DNA of 64,000 bases from Candidatus Limnocylindrales bacterium. GTDB lineage: Bacteria; Moduliflexota; Moduliflexia; Moduliflexales; JAUQPW01. Positions within the stretch are counted from its first letter, which is position 1; each line of letters opens with the position of its first letter. Location of the stretch: NCBI GenBank assembly GCA_035559535.1, contig DATMBG010000032.1, forward strand, positions 62,001 to 126,000, read 5' to 3'. Shown here piece by piece: positions 49,281-59,454 of the stretch. The notes beneath the pieces were generated by a model. It was not told where the DNA came from, ran no database searches, and saw only the letters and a program-made list of their open reading frames with translations. The translations under genes were made by a program, and so were the position numbers.

Positions 49281-50843
49281 ATGAATAAGGAAAATTTAAA
49301 ACAAATTTGGTTAATCGGTCTTTTATGCTTCGTGGTCAGTGTAACGACGGCTATTCTGACTGTTAATAGTCTCCCCTTGCTAAGTATCGCTCAGGAATCA
49401 AAATCCGACAAACCGGCCACATCGCCGGCTGCAGATAAACCCACCCCGGATGCAGGAACAAAATCTATGGCCGGAGTCCTGGTTCCCCATGACTTTGTAG
49501 GGATTGCCAATAAGGTTAAACCTACCGTGGTTAATATTAGTACCAGCCATACCCTGAAACGGAAAGAATTCCGAGGATTCCGGGGTTCAGAAGAATTTAA
49601 AGATTTCTTCGGTGAGGATTTCTTTAACCGATTTTTTGGGGGGAACCCTCCCAAGCAGTTCAAACAGAGAAGTTTAGGTTCCGGTTTTATTATTGACAAG
49701 CAGGGCTATATCGTCTCCAATCATCACGTGGTTAAAGATGCCGATGAAATCAAGGTTAAGCTGGCAGATGATTCGGAGTATACGGCTAAAGTCGTCGGGA
49801 AAGATCCGAAAACGGACATTGTGCTTCTTAAAATCGATACTAAAAAAGATCTTCCGGTCTTAGAGTTTGGGGATTCCGATGCCATTCAAGTGGGTGAATG
49901 GGTCATAGCCGTGGGAAATCCCTTTGGATTGAATTATACCGTTACTGCCGGGATTATCAGTGCAAAGGGACGTGTTATTGGTGCAGGCCCCTACGATGAC
50001 TTTCTCCAGACCGATGCCTCCATTAACCCTGGTAACAGTGGAGGTCCCCTTGTCAATATGGAAGGGAAAATTATCGGGATCAATACCGCCATTATGGCCA
50101 GTGGGCAGGGGATTGGATTTGCCATTCCTATTAATGAGGCCAAGCATATCATTGAGGATCTAAAAACCAAGGGTAAAGTAACCCGAGGATGGCTCGGACT
50201 TATGATCCAAGAGGTCACTCCCGAGTTAGCAGAATCCTTTAATCTGGCCGAACATAAGGGAGCTCTGGTGGCTAATGTGGTTCCCGATAGCCCGGCAGAT
50301 AAAGCAGGGATTAAGCGCGGGGATGTGGTGATTGAATTTGACGGCAAAAAGATTAACGAATACAGTGACTTGCCTAAACTGGCAGCCCGGGCCGAGCCCG
50401 GTCGGAGTGTCGAGGTAAAGGTTAATCGGGATGGGAAAGAACAAACCTTCAAAGTAAATATTGGAGAGTTCCCCGAAGAAGTTGCAGAAGCTGCTACAAG
50501 CCAGGAAGGTAATACCATTGAAGAAGAAAAGCTCGGTATGGCCGTACAGGAATTGACTCCGGAATTGGCCGAAGGACTCAACCTACCCAAAGACGAAAAG
50601 GGAGTTCTGGTTTCCGAGGTTGAGGAAGGGGGACCTGCCGCAGAGGCCGGAATCCGAAGGGGTGATATTATCAAGGAAATTAATCGGATTGAAGTTAAAG
50701 ACCTTAAAGGGTATCAAGAAGCCCTTAAATCCTCCAAAGATAACATGATCCTCTTGCTGGTAAAACGGGGAGAAAACAGCATTTATCGGGTTATCAAACT
50801 CGATGAAGGCCTGAAAGAAGGAACCAAAGAGGAGAAGAAGTAA
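49281..50843 (+). CDS. degP: DegP/MucD serine endoprotease with two PDZ domains
   Basis: SLGSGFII, NHHV, QTDASINPGNSGGPL, RGWLG, two PDZ domains. Confidence 0.93.
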   Translation: MNKENLKQIWLIGLLCFVVSVTTAILTVNSLPLLSIAQESKSDKPATSPAADKPTPDAGTKSMAGVLVPHDFVGIANKVKPTVVNISTSHTLKRKEFRGFRGSEEFKDFFGEDFFNRFFGGNPPKQFKQRSLGSGFIIDKQGYIVSNHHVVKDADEIKVKLADDSEYTAKVVGKDPKTDIVLLKIDTKKDLPVLEFGDSDAIQVGEWVIAVGNPFGLNYTVTAGIISAKGRVIGAGPYDDFLQTDASINPGNSGGPLVNMEGKIIGINTAIMASGQGIGFAIPINEAKHIIEDLKTKGKVTRGWLGLMIQEVTPELAESFNLAEHKGALVANVVPDSPADKAGIKRGDVVIEFDGKKINEYSDLPKLAARAEPGRSVEVKVNRDGKEQTFKVNIGEFPEEVAEAATSQEGNTIEEEKLGMAVQELTPELAEGLNLPKDEKGVLVSEVEEGGPAAEAGIRRGDIIKEINRIEVKDLKGYQEALKSSKDNMILLLVKRGENSIYRVIKLDEGLKEGTKEEKK

Positions 50844-50905
50844 AAATAGGGGAGAATGGGAGAATAAAGACCCGTTCTCCCCTTCCTTCTTTCCCTCTGT
50901 TGAAC

Positions 50906-52189
50906 TTAATCCCATTTTCTTTCATCTAAAATTTTTTTTCCTCCCTCAGGAAGGGTCCCTCCAGGTACCAACTCAATCGTAGCCCTCAATTTCATGACCT
51001 CCCGTACGGTTTGTTCCAATTGACTCTTTAAAGTGTCCGATTCCAGTATGCCAGGTTTAAGCTCTACCCGAAGTTTCAGTTCATCTTGATGATGGACACG
51101 CGTAATGACTACCTGTCCCCTGGCGATATCCGGGTGTTTGGCTAAGATTTCATCCACCTGACCGGGTCTAATGAACATCCCTCTCACCTTGGTCGTTTCA
51201 CTGGCGCGCCCTACCAATTTAACCAGGCGATGGGAGGTCCTCCCACAGGGACAGGGCTCATCGGTAAAATAAGAGAGATCTCCGGTTCCAAATCGGATCA
51301 GGGGGTAGGTTTTATTGAAGTTGGTTACCACCACTTCGCCAACCTCTCCAGGCCCTAGCTGATTCCCGGCTTCCAGATCTACGATTTCTACCACCAGTTC
51401 CTCAGGTACGTGCATACCGGATTTTTCCCGACATTCATATCCGATGGTTCCCACATCTGCAGTCAGATATCCCTGTCGAACCAGAAGATGATAGCCTTCT
51501 TCCAGCTCCGTCCGCAGAGATTCCGGAAGCATTTCGGCGGCAACAAAAGCAACTTCCAGCGTAAGATCCTTTCGGGGTTGATAACCTAATTCTTCTGCTT
51601 TTCTGAGAAGGGTCATCAGAAAACTGGGGGTGCCGGTGTAACCGGTAACCTTCAGATCGTATAAAATTTTAACCTGAAGTTCTGTATTTCCTACTCCGGT
51701 CGGAATAACCGTACACCCCATTGCCACCAAAGCCTCATCTAAAATAAGTCCGGCAGGCGTTAAATGATAAGCAAATGTGTTTTGAACCAGATCTCCTTTC
51801 CGAAACCCGGCTGCATACAAGGCCTTTTCACACCTCCAATACCTCTCTTCAGGCCCTTGAGGATCATAGATAGGTCCTGGAGAAACATAAATCCGTTTGA
51901 GTTGATGAGACGGAACGGTTGTAAATCCCCCAAAAGGAGGATTTTCCCTTTGAAGTTGGGGAAGCTGATCTTTCTTTGTAATTGGGACCTTCTCCAGGTC
52001 TTTTACCGTCTGGATATGCTGCGGAGTCAGACGAGCTGCTTCAAATCTGGCCCTGATAGCCGGTGCATGGGTGTAGGCATAACCCATAATTTCTCGAAGC
52101 TTCTGAACCACATAAGCTTCTCGCTCTTTGGGGGGAAGAGTTTCTAAAGCCGGGTCATAGAAACCTGTAGTTCGATCGGATTTTAACAT
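50906..52189 (-). CDS. Phenylacetate-CoA ligase-family AMP-binding protein
   Basis: SPGPIYDP, YTGTPSFL, YPLIRFGTGD, CPCGRT, KVRGMFI. Confidence 0.85.
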   Translation of the reverse strand: MLKSDRTTGFYDPALETLPPKEREAYVVQKLREIMGYAYTHAPAIRARFEAARLTPQHIQTVKDLEKVPITKKDQLPQLQRENPPFGGFTTVPSHQLKRIYVSPGPIYDPQGPEERYWRCEKALYAAGFRKGDLVQNTFAYHLTPAGLILDEALVAMGCTVIPTGVGNTELQVKILYDLKVTGYTGTPSFLMTLLRKAEELGYQPRKDLTLEVAFVAAEMLPESLRTELEEGYHLLVRQGYLTADVGTIGYECREKSGMHVPEELVVEIVDLEAGNQLGPGEVGEVVVTNFNKTYPLIRFGTGDLSYFTDEPCPCGRTSHRLVKLVGRASETTKVRGMFIRPGQVDEILAKHPDIARGQVVITRVHHQDELKLRVELKPGILESDTLKSQLEQTVREVMKLRATIELVPGGTLPEGGKKILDERKWD

Positions 52190-52624
52190 ATTTTTTCTTT
52201 TCCCATCTTTGAAACCAGTTTTCAAAGAAAAAATGATTTCTTCGATTTAATTAAGATTAAAAAATATACCTGATTCCCATTTTCGAGTCGTTCCCACGGC
52301 GTTTTTCCATGATTACAAAATAAAACGGTTTCAGCCTGTAGATAGGTGTATCCAAATCTCTGTTTGAAGTCAAGGTTTTTCACAAAGGCTTCCACAGGCG
52401 TGGTAAGAGATGGAGTCTTTCCATAATCCCATAAAGGGGGGTACAAAATTCTTAAACAAAATTCTAGACTCTTATAGGTAAAGGATGTATAATATAAGGG
52501 GTTTTGCACAAAGCTGCTCTGTTTCTTGTCCTGCGTCGGGTGTCTTAAAATAACCTGGGTGTTTAAATTCAAAAATCTTCTAATTTAAATAAAACTCAAT
52601 AGCTACTCACATATCGTAGTAACG

Positions 52625-52657
52625 ATAAGGAGAAACATAAGGAGAAACATAAGGAGA
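52625..52657 (+). repeat. 12-bp tandem repeat containing the Shine-Dalgarno sequence
   Basis: ATAAGGAGAAAC ATAAGGAGAAAC ATAAGGAGA directly before hppA ATG. Confidence 0.9.
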
Positions 52658-52662
52658 TTATT

Positions 52663-54729
52663 ATGACCTTGGTGATAGTCTTAGCCATTAGTATCCTTGG
52701 ATTAGGTTTTGCCTGGTATCTGGCCCGGTTTGTTTTAGCTCAGGGTACTGGCAAGTATGAAATGCAAGAAATATCTAATGCTATACGTGAAGGGGCAGAA
52801 GCTTTCTTGAAGAGGCAGTATAAAACCATTGCAATTCTCAGTGGGGCTTTAGGCCTGCTGATCCTTCTGCTCTATGGATTCTTGAAAGAGGACTGGAACC
52901 TGGCGGTTAAAACGACCTTTGCCTTTTTTTTAGGAGCCGGGTGTTCCGCCCTGGCCGGGTATATTGGGATGTATGTTTCAGTGCGTGCCAATATCCGTAC
53001 GGCCAATGCGGCGTTGACCAGTTTAAATAATGCGCTTATTATTGCCTTGAGAGGTGGAGCGGTTTCTGGAATTACGGTCGTTGCCATGAGTCTTCTGGGA
53101 GTCGGGGGGCTTTTCCTTCTCTATGGCGGTTTATCGGATCCTCAAAAGGTTCCTTTTTTAATAGTGGGTTACGGATTTGGGGCCAGTTTTGTCGCCTTAT
53201 TTGCTCAATTGGGAGGAGGTATTTACACCAAGGCTGCGGATGTTGGAGCAGATTTGGTTGGAAAGGTAGAGGTCGGAATTCCTGAGGATGATCCGAGAAA
53301 TCCGGCTGTTATTGCAGATCTGGTCGGGGATAACGTGGGAGATTGTGCCGGTCGTGGCGCCGATCTTTTTGAATCCACGGCGGCAGAGAACATCGGTGCC
53401 ATGATTTTGGGAGTTGCTTTATTCCCCCACTTTGGAATCAAGGGAATTTTATTTCCCCTCCTGGCCCGGGCTTTTGGACTCATAGCCAGTATGGCAGGCG
53501 TCATGGTGGTTAAAACCGATGAACAGGGAGATCCTATGAAAGCCCTCAATAAGGGCTATTACGTAACGGCTGTTCTGGCTACCATCGGTTTTTATATTGC
53601 AACCGCAACTATGCTCAAGAACAATCTCTGGTTCTTTCTAGCAGGTTTTATAGGAATTTTGACCAGTATTGCCTTTGTTTATATTACCCAATATTACACC
53701 GAATACAAATATCGCCCCGTTAAAGAAATCGCCCAGGCTTCTCAAACCGGACCGGCTACAAATATTATTACCGGACTGTCGGTTGCTCTAGAATGTACGG
53801 CACTTCCGGTGGTTGTGATTTCTGCCGCCATCCTCTTTTCCTATTACTGTGGACAAAAAGGAATGGAAGGGGGTGGACTGTACGGAACGGCGGTGGCTAC
53901 CATGGGTATGCTGGCCACATGCGCCTATATCTTGGCCATGGACACCTTTGGGCCTATTACCGATAACGCGGGCGGCATTATCGAAATGTCCCAACAACCC
54001 GATGAAGTCCGCAGAAAAACCGACCGATTGGATGCCGTTGGGAATACCACCAAGGCCCTTACCAAAGGATATGCCATTGGAAGCGCAGCCCTCGCCGCTT
54101 TTTTGCTTTTTTCCGCCTATCTGGACGAGGTTGCCCATATTACCGGTAAACCTTTCCATTCGGTAGATATCGCTAAAGTGGAAGTGTTTATTGGAGGGCT
54201 TTTGGGAGCCATGCTGGTATTCCTGTTCAGTGGACTCGCTATCCGGGCTGTGGGAAAAGCGGCTTACTACGTTATCAACGATGTGCGGGCCCAGTTTAAA
54301 GAGAATCCAGAAATTCTGAAAGGAAAAGCTAAGCCGAATTATGCCCGGTGTGTGGATATCGTGACACTGGGAGCTTTAAAAGAAATGGTATTACCCGGTG
54401 TTCTGGCCGTAGGAATGCCGGTTGTGGTGGGTCTCCTTTTCCGAATGGTGGGTTTAGGAGCCGAGGCCGTTGCGGCGCTTCTAATGATCGGAACCATTGC
54501 TGGTATCCTTGCTGCCACCATCATGAACAACGGAGGGGGAGCCTGGGATAATGCCAAAAAGTACATTGAAACAGGGGTATATGGGGGTAAAAAATCCGAT
54601 GCTCATAAAGCTGCTGTGGTCGGTGATACGGTCGGAGACCCCCTTAAAGATACAGCCGGTCCTTCTCTCCATGTGCTGATTAAGTTGCTCAGCACCATAA
54701 CGCTGGTACTGGCTCCCTTGTTTGTTTGA
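52663..54729 (+). CDS. hppA: Membrane-bound proton-translocating pyrophosphatase (K+-independent type)
   Basis: GGGIYTKAADVGADLVGKVE, DNVGD, GNTTKA (Lys diagnostic of K+-independence), GDTVGDPLKDTAGP. Confidence 0.95.
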   Translation: MTLVIVLAISILGLGFAWYLARFVLAQGTGKYEMQEISNAIREGAEAFLKRQYKTIAILSGALGLLILLLYGFLKEDWNLAVKTTFAFFLGAGCSALAGYIGMYVSVRANIRTANAALTSLNNALIIALRGGAVSGITVVAMSLLGVGGLFLLYGGLSDPQKVPFLIVGYGFGASFVALFAQLGGGIYTKAADVGADLVGKVEVGIPEDDPRNPAVIADLVGDNVGDCAGRGADLFESTAAENIGAMILGVALFPHFGIKGILFPLLARAFGLIASMAGVMVVKTDEQGDPMKALNKGYYVTAVLATIGFYIATATMLKNNLWFFLAGFIGILTSIAFVYITQYYTEYKYRPVKEIAQASQTGPATNIITGLSVALECTALPVVVISAAILFSYYCGQKGMEGGGLYGTAVATMGMLATCAYILAMDTFGPITDNAGGIIEMSQQPDEVRRKTDRLDAVGNTTKALTKGYAIGSAALAAFLLFSAYLDEVAHITGKPFHSVDIAKVEVFIGGLLGAMLVFLFSGLAIRAVGKAAYYVINDVRAQFKENPEILKGKAKPNYARCVDIVTLGALKEMVLPGVLAVGMPVVVGLLFRMVGLGAEAVAALLMIGTIAGILAATIMNNGGGAWDNAKKYIETGVYGGKKSDAHKAAVVGDTVGDPLKDTAGPSLHVLIKLLSTITLVLAPLFV

Positions 54730-54787
54730 TCGTTGTTCGTTGTCCGTTGCTACTAACCGACAGCCAACAACGGACAACGAATAACAG
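54730..54787. repeat. Heptamer-built inverted repeat (CGTTGTT/CGTTGTC vs CAACGGA/CAACGAA)
   Basis: TTCGTTGTCCGTTG ... CAACGGACAACGAA; related unit at 49210-49262. Confidence 0.75.
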
Positions 54788-54795
54788 ACAAAATT

Positions 54796-55845
54796 ATGTC
54801 CACAAATCCTTTTAGAAAAGCCACAGAAGTCTTAGCTAAGTTGGGTATCACCCTCTCCGACGAGGGTTTTATAAAAAGGCTCCACGAACTTCGATCCCAA
54901 AAAAATCAACTCTCTTCTTACCTGGCCAGGGCAGAACGTTATAAGAGTAAAGTCTCTCCCATTACCTACGAAAAGGTTAAGAATGATTATCAGAAAAGAT
55001 TGCAAGAAATCGCCGCCGAACATGAGGAAAAAGAGAAAAAGTTAAAGGATGAAATGGACCTGATGCTCCGGAAACGGGATGAACTGGTAGAGATTGTCAA
55101 GCCGGTGGCTTTTGAATATGAGGAACTTAAATTTCGTTGCATGGTGGGAGAATATACAAAAGCCGCTTTTCTTTCCCTGGCTTCGGATAAGATTAATTTC
55201 CTGAAAGATCAAAAGGAAAAATTGCAGGCCCTTTCGGATAAGTTAGCTTTTTATCGACTCATTCTAAACCTTCAGCAAGAAGTTACAGAGCCTATGGAAA
55301 CTCTGCCCCTTGAACTGGAAGACTTTGAAATACCCCCTGAAGAAGCTAAAGAATCCTCCTTTCAACCGGCTGAAGAGGAAGCCGGGATTGCCCCAAAAGC
55401 AGTCTCGCCAACTTCATCGGAACCTCTCGAAGAGGAATTCGAGTTCAACTTTAGTGCCACCCAAACCCTGTCTTCCGAAAATGACTTTTCTGACACCGAA
55501 CTGACCGAAGCGGAAGAAGATATCGATTTAGAACAAATGGTTGAATCGGAACAGGCCTTTGTAATCCTTAAGGAAGAAGGTCAGGAAGATAAACCTTTTA
55601 TGATTTTACCAGAAGAATCCCTGACCATTGGACGGGCCAAAGATAATACCTTGAGAATAGATCAGGATTCAATCTCCCGATACCATGCCAAAATAAGCTT
55701 CGAAAACGGACAGGTTATTATTCGGGACCTGGGAAGTGCGAACGGAACGTTTGTTAACGGAAAGAAAATTAAGGAATACGCTTTATCGGATAACGATGTG
55801 ATCTCTGTGGGTGAAAAGGTGAAATTGATCTTTAAAAAACTATAA
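54796..55845 (+). CDS. Coiled-coil/acidic-linker protein with C-terminal FHA domain
   Basis: TIGRAKDN, ISRYHAKI, DLGSANGTFVNG canonical FHA. Confidence 0.88.
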   Translation: MSTNPFRKATEVLAKLGITLSDEGFIKRLHELRSQKNQLSSYLARAERYKSKVSPITYEKVKNDYQKRLQEIAAEHEEKEKKLKDEMDLMLRKRDELVEIVKPVAFEYEELKFRCMVGEYTKAAFLSLASDKINFLKDQKEKLQALSDKLAFYRLILNLQQEVTEPMETLPLELEDFEIPPEEAKESSFQPAEEEAGIAPKAVSPTSSEPLEEEFEFNFSATQTLSSENDFSDTELTEAEEDIDLEQMVESEQAFVILKEEGQEDKPFMILPEESLTIGRAKDNTLRIDQDSISRYHAKISFENGQVIIRDLGSANGTFVNGKKIKEYALSDNDVISVGEKVKLIFKKL

Positions 55846-57750
55846 CTCCCTCAGGACCCTGGTATCTCCCGTTCGGATCGTTAAACCCAGCGAATCAAAG
55901 TATTCCAACAAGGGGATGGCATACTTTCGACTGATCCCCAGGAGATCTTTTAAGATTCCTACCTCTATACTCCCTTTGTCCTTTAGGAATTGGACTACGG
56001 TGGATTTAATCTCTTCCAGCTTACTTCGATGATAAAAGATGGGTTCTCGAACCCGAACAAGGGTTCCGACTTCCAGGAGAAATTGAAAGATCTCTTCGAC
56101 AAGTTCCCTATTTCCACCGATTTTTTCTAAAACCTCTTCATAGTTGGGAGGTTGAAATCCTCCTGATAAATAAATCTCTTCAAGTTTGCGCCGGATTTGC
56201 TCCTGCTCAAGGGATAATTGGATATGGTGGGTACTTAATCGAACTATTTTTTTATCCACGGTCAAGATCCCGGCTTCTGTTTGTTCTTCTAAAACTTTAT
56301 TGAAAATCTGAATAGGTAGCTCTTCCGGAAGCTTGCTTCGGAGTTCCTCCTTGGACATTCCCAATTTTAGGGGATATTTAGCATGAAAATCTTTCAAGTA
56401 GGTCTGGACCATTCCTTTCAATTCTTCATAGGTATCTCGATGAATAAAAATTCGAGCTTCCGGGTCCATGAGAACCAGTTTTCCCTGTTCCGATAGCTTT
56501 TCCAACTCAGACCGGATATTTTGCTTTGAGGCGGTTATTTGACCTAACAGGGTTTGCACGTTAACGGGCTTCCATCGATTCCACCGGGCATAAACTTCTA
56601 TCACCTGATCCAGAGACCCTTCTCTGAGTATCCTGAGATCTTTCAAGGGTTGCGGGGCAAACCGTTTGTGCTTTTGGGGATGAGGATTGAGGATCTCTCC
56701 TCCACCTATGGTGATAACCGGAGAGTAACTCCGGATTACATAACGATCCCCGGCCAAAACAACTCCAGGTGCTTCCAGATGAATTTGTGCAAATGTTTCC
56801 TGACCCGGCTCCAATTCTTCGCGATCCAGGAGAACGATCCGGGCCATGATCTCACTGGTTCCTACATGGAACCGAACCCGTGTCCTATTTTTAAGGGGTT
56901 TATCGGCTTTTGCCAGGAGCTGGAGGTGGACATCCAGCATATAAGTAGCTTCAACCAAGTCGGGTTCTATTAATACGTCTCCGCGTTCCAGGTTTGCTTT
57001 TTCAAGCCCATGCAAATTCAGGGCGGTACGTTGCCCGGCCCAGGCTTTTTGAACACTCTGGTTATAGGTTTGGATTCCCCGAACCCGGGCTTTTAACTTC
57101 TTGGGTAAAACCTCCAGGGTATCCTCGATCTGAACGACCCCTGAAACTAAGGTACCCGTCACGACGGTACCGAATCCTTTAACGGTAAAAACCCGATCAA
57201 TGGGAAGACGAAAAATACCTGCAGCATTTCGAGGTTGGACTTGAAGGGCCAGTTTTTCTAATTCCCCCTTGAGATGATCGATGCCGACCCCTGTTTTGGA
57301 AGAAACGGGAACAATGGGGGCCTTTTCTAGAAAGGAGCCCTTTATAAAATTTTTTACATCTTCTATCACCAGTTCCAGCCATTCTTCATCGACCAGATCG
57401 GACTTTGTCAAAGCCACTATCCCCTGCTGGATCTGAAGGAGTTGACAAATGGCAAGATGTTCCTCCGTTTGAGGCATAACCCCTTCGTCGGCTGCAATGA
57501 CGAAAAGGGCCAGATCAATCCCACCCACCCCGGCCAGCATATTTTTTACAAACTTCTCGTGACCCGGGACATCTATGATTCCCAATTCGATTTCCGGGGA
57601 GAGGCGAAGAAAAGCAAATCCTAAATCAATGGTAATTCCACGTTCTTTTTCCTCCTTAAGTCGATCGGTATCAATACCTGTTAAGGCTTTGACAAGGGCT
57701 GTTTTGCCATGATCGATATGCCCGGCGGTTCCTATAATGATATGCTTCAT
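55840..57750 (-). CDS. selB: Selenocysteine-specific elongation factor SelB
   Basis: [27 protein letters not shown]-terminal winged helices with [13 protein letters not shown]. Confidence 0.96.
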   Translation of the reverse strand: MKHIIIGTAGHIDHGKTALVKALTGIDTDRLKEEKERGITIDLGFAFLRLSPEIELGIIDVPGHEKFVKNMLAGVGGIDLALFVIAADEGVMPQTEEHLAICQLLQIQQGIVALTKSDLVDEEWLELVIEDVKNFIKGSFLEKAPIVPVSSKTGVGIDHLKGELEKLALQVQPRNAAGIFRLPIDRVFTVKGFGTVVTGTLVSGVVQIEDTLEVLPKKLKARVRGIQTYNQSVQKAWAGQRTALNLHGLEKANLERGDVLIEPDLVEATYMLDVHLQLLAKADKPLKNRTRVRFHVGTSEIMARIVLLDREELEPGQETFAQIHLEAPGVVLAGDRYVIRSYSPVITIGGGEILNPHPQKHKRFAPQPLKDLRILREGSLDQVIEVYARWNRWKPVNVQTLLGQITASKQNIRSELEKLSEQGKLVLMDPEARIFIHRDTYEELKGMVQTYLKDFHAKYPLKLGMSKEELRSKLPEELPIQIFNKVLEEQTEAGILTVDKKIVRLSTHHIQLSLEQEQIRRKLEEIYLSGGFQPPNYEEVLEKIGGNRELVEEIFQFLLEVGTLVRVREPIFYHRSKLEEIKSTVVQFLKDKGSIEVGILKDLLGISRKYAIPLLEYFDSLGLTIRTGDTRVLREL

Positions 57751-57840
57751 ACTTTAAATGTATAAGATAGGGCCTCTCCCCTGTCAAGGTCTTTGATAGG
57801 TAAGGAAGGGGATTATTTTCCCAAAAAGACCACAGAAAGA

Positions 57841-57869
57841 TTGACAGGGATTCATTTCAAGTATATCGT
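57841..57869 (+). promoter_or_regulatory. Putative sigma70 promoter of glc operon
   Basis: TTGACA-N17-TATCGT. Confidence 0.55.
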
Positions 57870-57925
57870 AGTAAGGGGGCTTAAAAATTATTAAAAGAAC
57901 CAAAAATTCAATGGGGGGGGTGTTT

Positions 57926-59350
57926 ATGGACAAGAAAAAATGGGTCACCGAACTGGCCAAGATTGTCGGGGTTGGGAATGTTCTGTCAACCCGGGAGGAT
58001 TTAATCGTCTATGAATGTGATGGTCATACCATCGATAAAGCTCCTCCCGATGTGGTTGTTTTTCCCACCTCCACGCAACAAGTGGTCGATATTGTTAAGT
58101 TTGCCTATCGAGAAAAAATTCCCTTCGTCGGTCGCGGAGCCGGAACGGGATTGAGCGGAGGAGCTTTATCTCTCCAGGGAGGGATTGTCATCGAGTTTTG
58201 TAAGATGAACCGAATCCTGGAAATTGATTATGAAAACAAGCGGGCCGTGGTGGAACCGGGGGTTGTTAACTTACATCTCAGTGAAGCCCTTTCAGAGCAA
58301 GGATACTATTATGTACCGGATCCCTCGAGCCAGGCTTCCTGTACAATCGGCGGAAACATTGCCGAAAATTCCGGAGGACCTCACACCCTGAAATATGGAG
58401 TCACCACCAACCATGTATTGGGTCTGGAAGTCGTTTTGCCGGATGGAGAGGTCATTCAAGTGGGGGGTAAGATGGAAGATCCCCTGGGCTATGATCTAAC
58501 CGGGATTCTGGTAGGCTCCGAAGGAACCTTCGGATTGGTAACCAAAGCGATTGTACGCATTATGCATAAACCGGAAGCAGTTAAAACCCTACTGGGTATT
58601 TTTGATACAGTGGATGACGCCAGCAGTACCGTTTCGGGAATTATTGCCCGGGGAATCATTCCAGGAGCTCTGGAAATGATGGATAACCTGGTCATTCAGG
58701 CGGTAGAGGCAGCTACCCAAATCGGTTATCCCCTGGATGCCGGGGCCGTCCTCATTATTGAACTGGATGGATTTAAGGAGGGAATGGAAGAGCTGGCAGA
58801 TCAGATTATCCAGGTTTGTAAGGAAAATCGGGTTCGAGAAGTCCGTGTTGCCCGCTCTGAGGAAGAACGTGCCATAATTTGGAAGGGCCGTAAGGGTGCC
58901 TTTAGTGCCATCGGTCGTCTCTCCCCTACGTATTATACCCAGGACGGTGTGATCCCCAGAACCCGACTGCCGGAAGTTTTAAGGAAAATAGCCGAAATCT
59001 CCCAAAAATATGGACTGCGTATTCCCAACGTTTTCCATGCCGGAGATGGAAATCTTCACCCGCTTATCCTCTTTGATCTTCGCGATAAAAAACAGGTGGA
59101 AAAAGCCCTGGAAGCGGGTAGGGAAATCCTCAAAGTTTGTGTGGACGTGGGAGGAAGTATCACGGGAGAACACGGGATCGGAGTCGAAAAAAACAACTAT
59201 ATGCCCTGGATCTTTACTCCTGAAGATTTAGAAGCCATGCGTCGAGTTAAAACCGTTTTTAATCCGGATAATCTGCTGAATCCAGGAAAGGTATTTCCTA
59301 CCTCCAAAGGCTGCAGTGCAGAAGCCAGGTTTTACGGTAAAGTAGCTTAG
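57926..59350 (+). CDS. glcD: Glycolate oxidase FAD subunit GlcD
   Basis: RGAGTGLSGG, PDPSS, KYGVT, GSEGTFG, HAGDGNLHP, GEHGIG, LNPGK. Confidence 0.9.
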   Translation: MDKKKWVTELAKIVGVGNVLSTREDLIVYECDGHTIDKAPPDVVVFPTSTQQVVDIVKFAYREKIPFVGRGAGTGLSGGALSLQGGIVIEFCKMNRILEIDYENKRAVVEPGVVNLHLSEALSEQGYYYVPDPSSQASCTIGGNIAENSGGPHTLKYGVTTNHVLGLEVVLPDGEVIQVGGKMEDPLGYDLTGILVGSEGTFGLVTKAIVRIMHKPEAVKTLLGIFDTVDDASSTVSGIIARGIIPGALEMMDNLVIQAVEAATQIGYPLDAGAVLIIELDGFKEGMEELADQIIQVCKENRVREVRVARSEEERAIIWKGRKGAFSAIGRLSPTYYTQDGVIPRTRLPEVLRKIAEISQKYGLRIPNVFHAGDGNLHPLILFDLRDKKQVEKALEAGREILKVCVDVGGSITGEHGIGVEKNNYMPWIFTPEDLEAMRRVKTVFNPDNLLNPGKVFPTSKGCSAEARFYGKVA

Positions 59351-59454
59351 GGAAAGGAAATTCTCGAGGGAGAGAATAGGAGAAAGGAAGAACGGAAGAA
59401 TAAATCGTAGATGGCTTATTTTCTCCTTCTTTTATTCTTCTATTCTCATTTATC

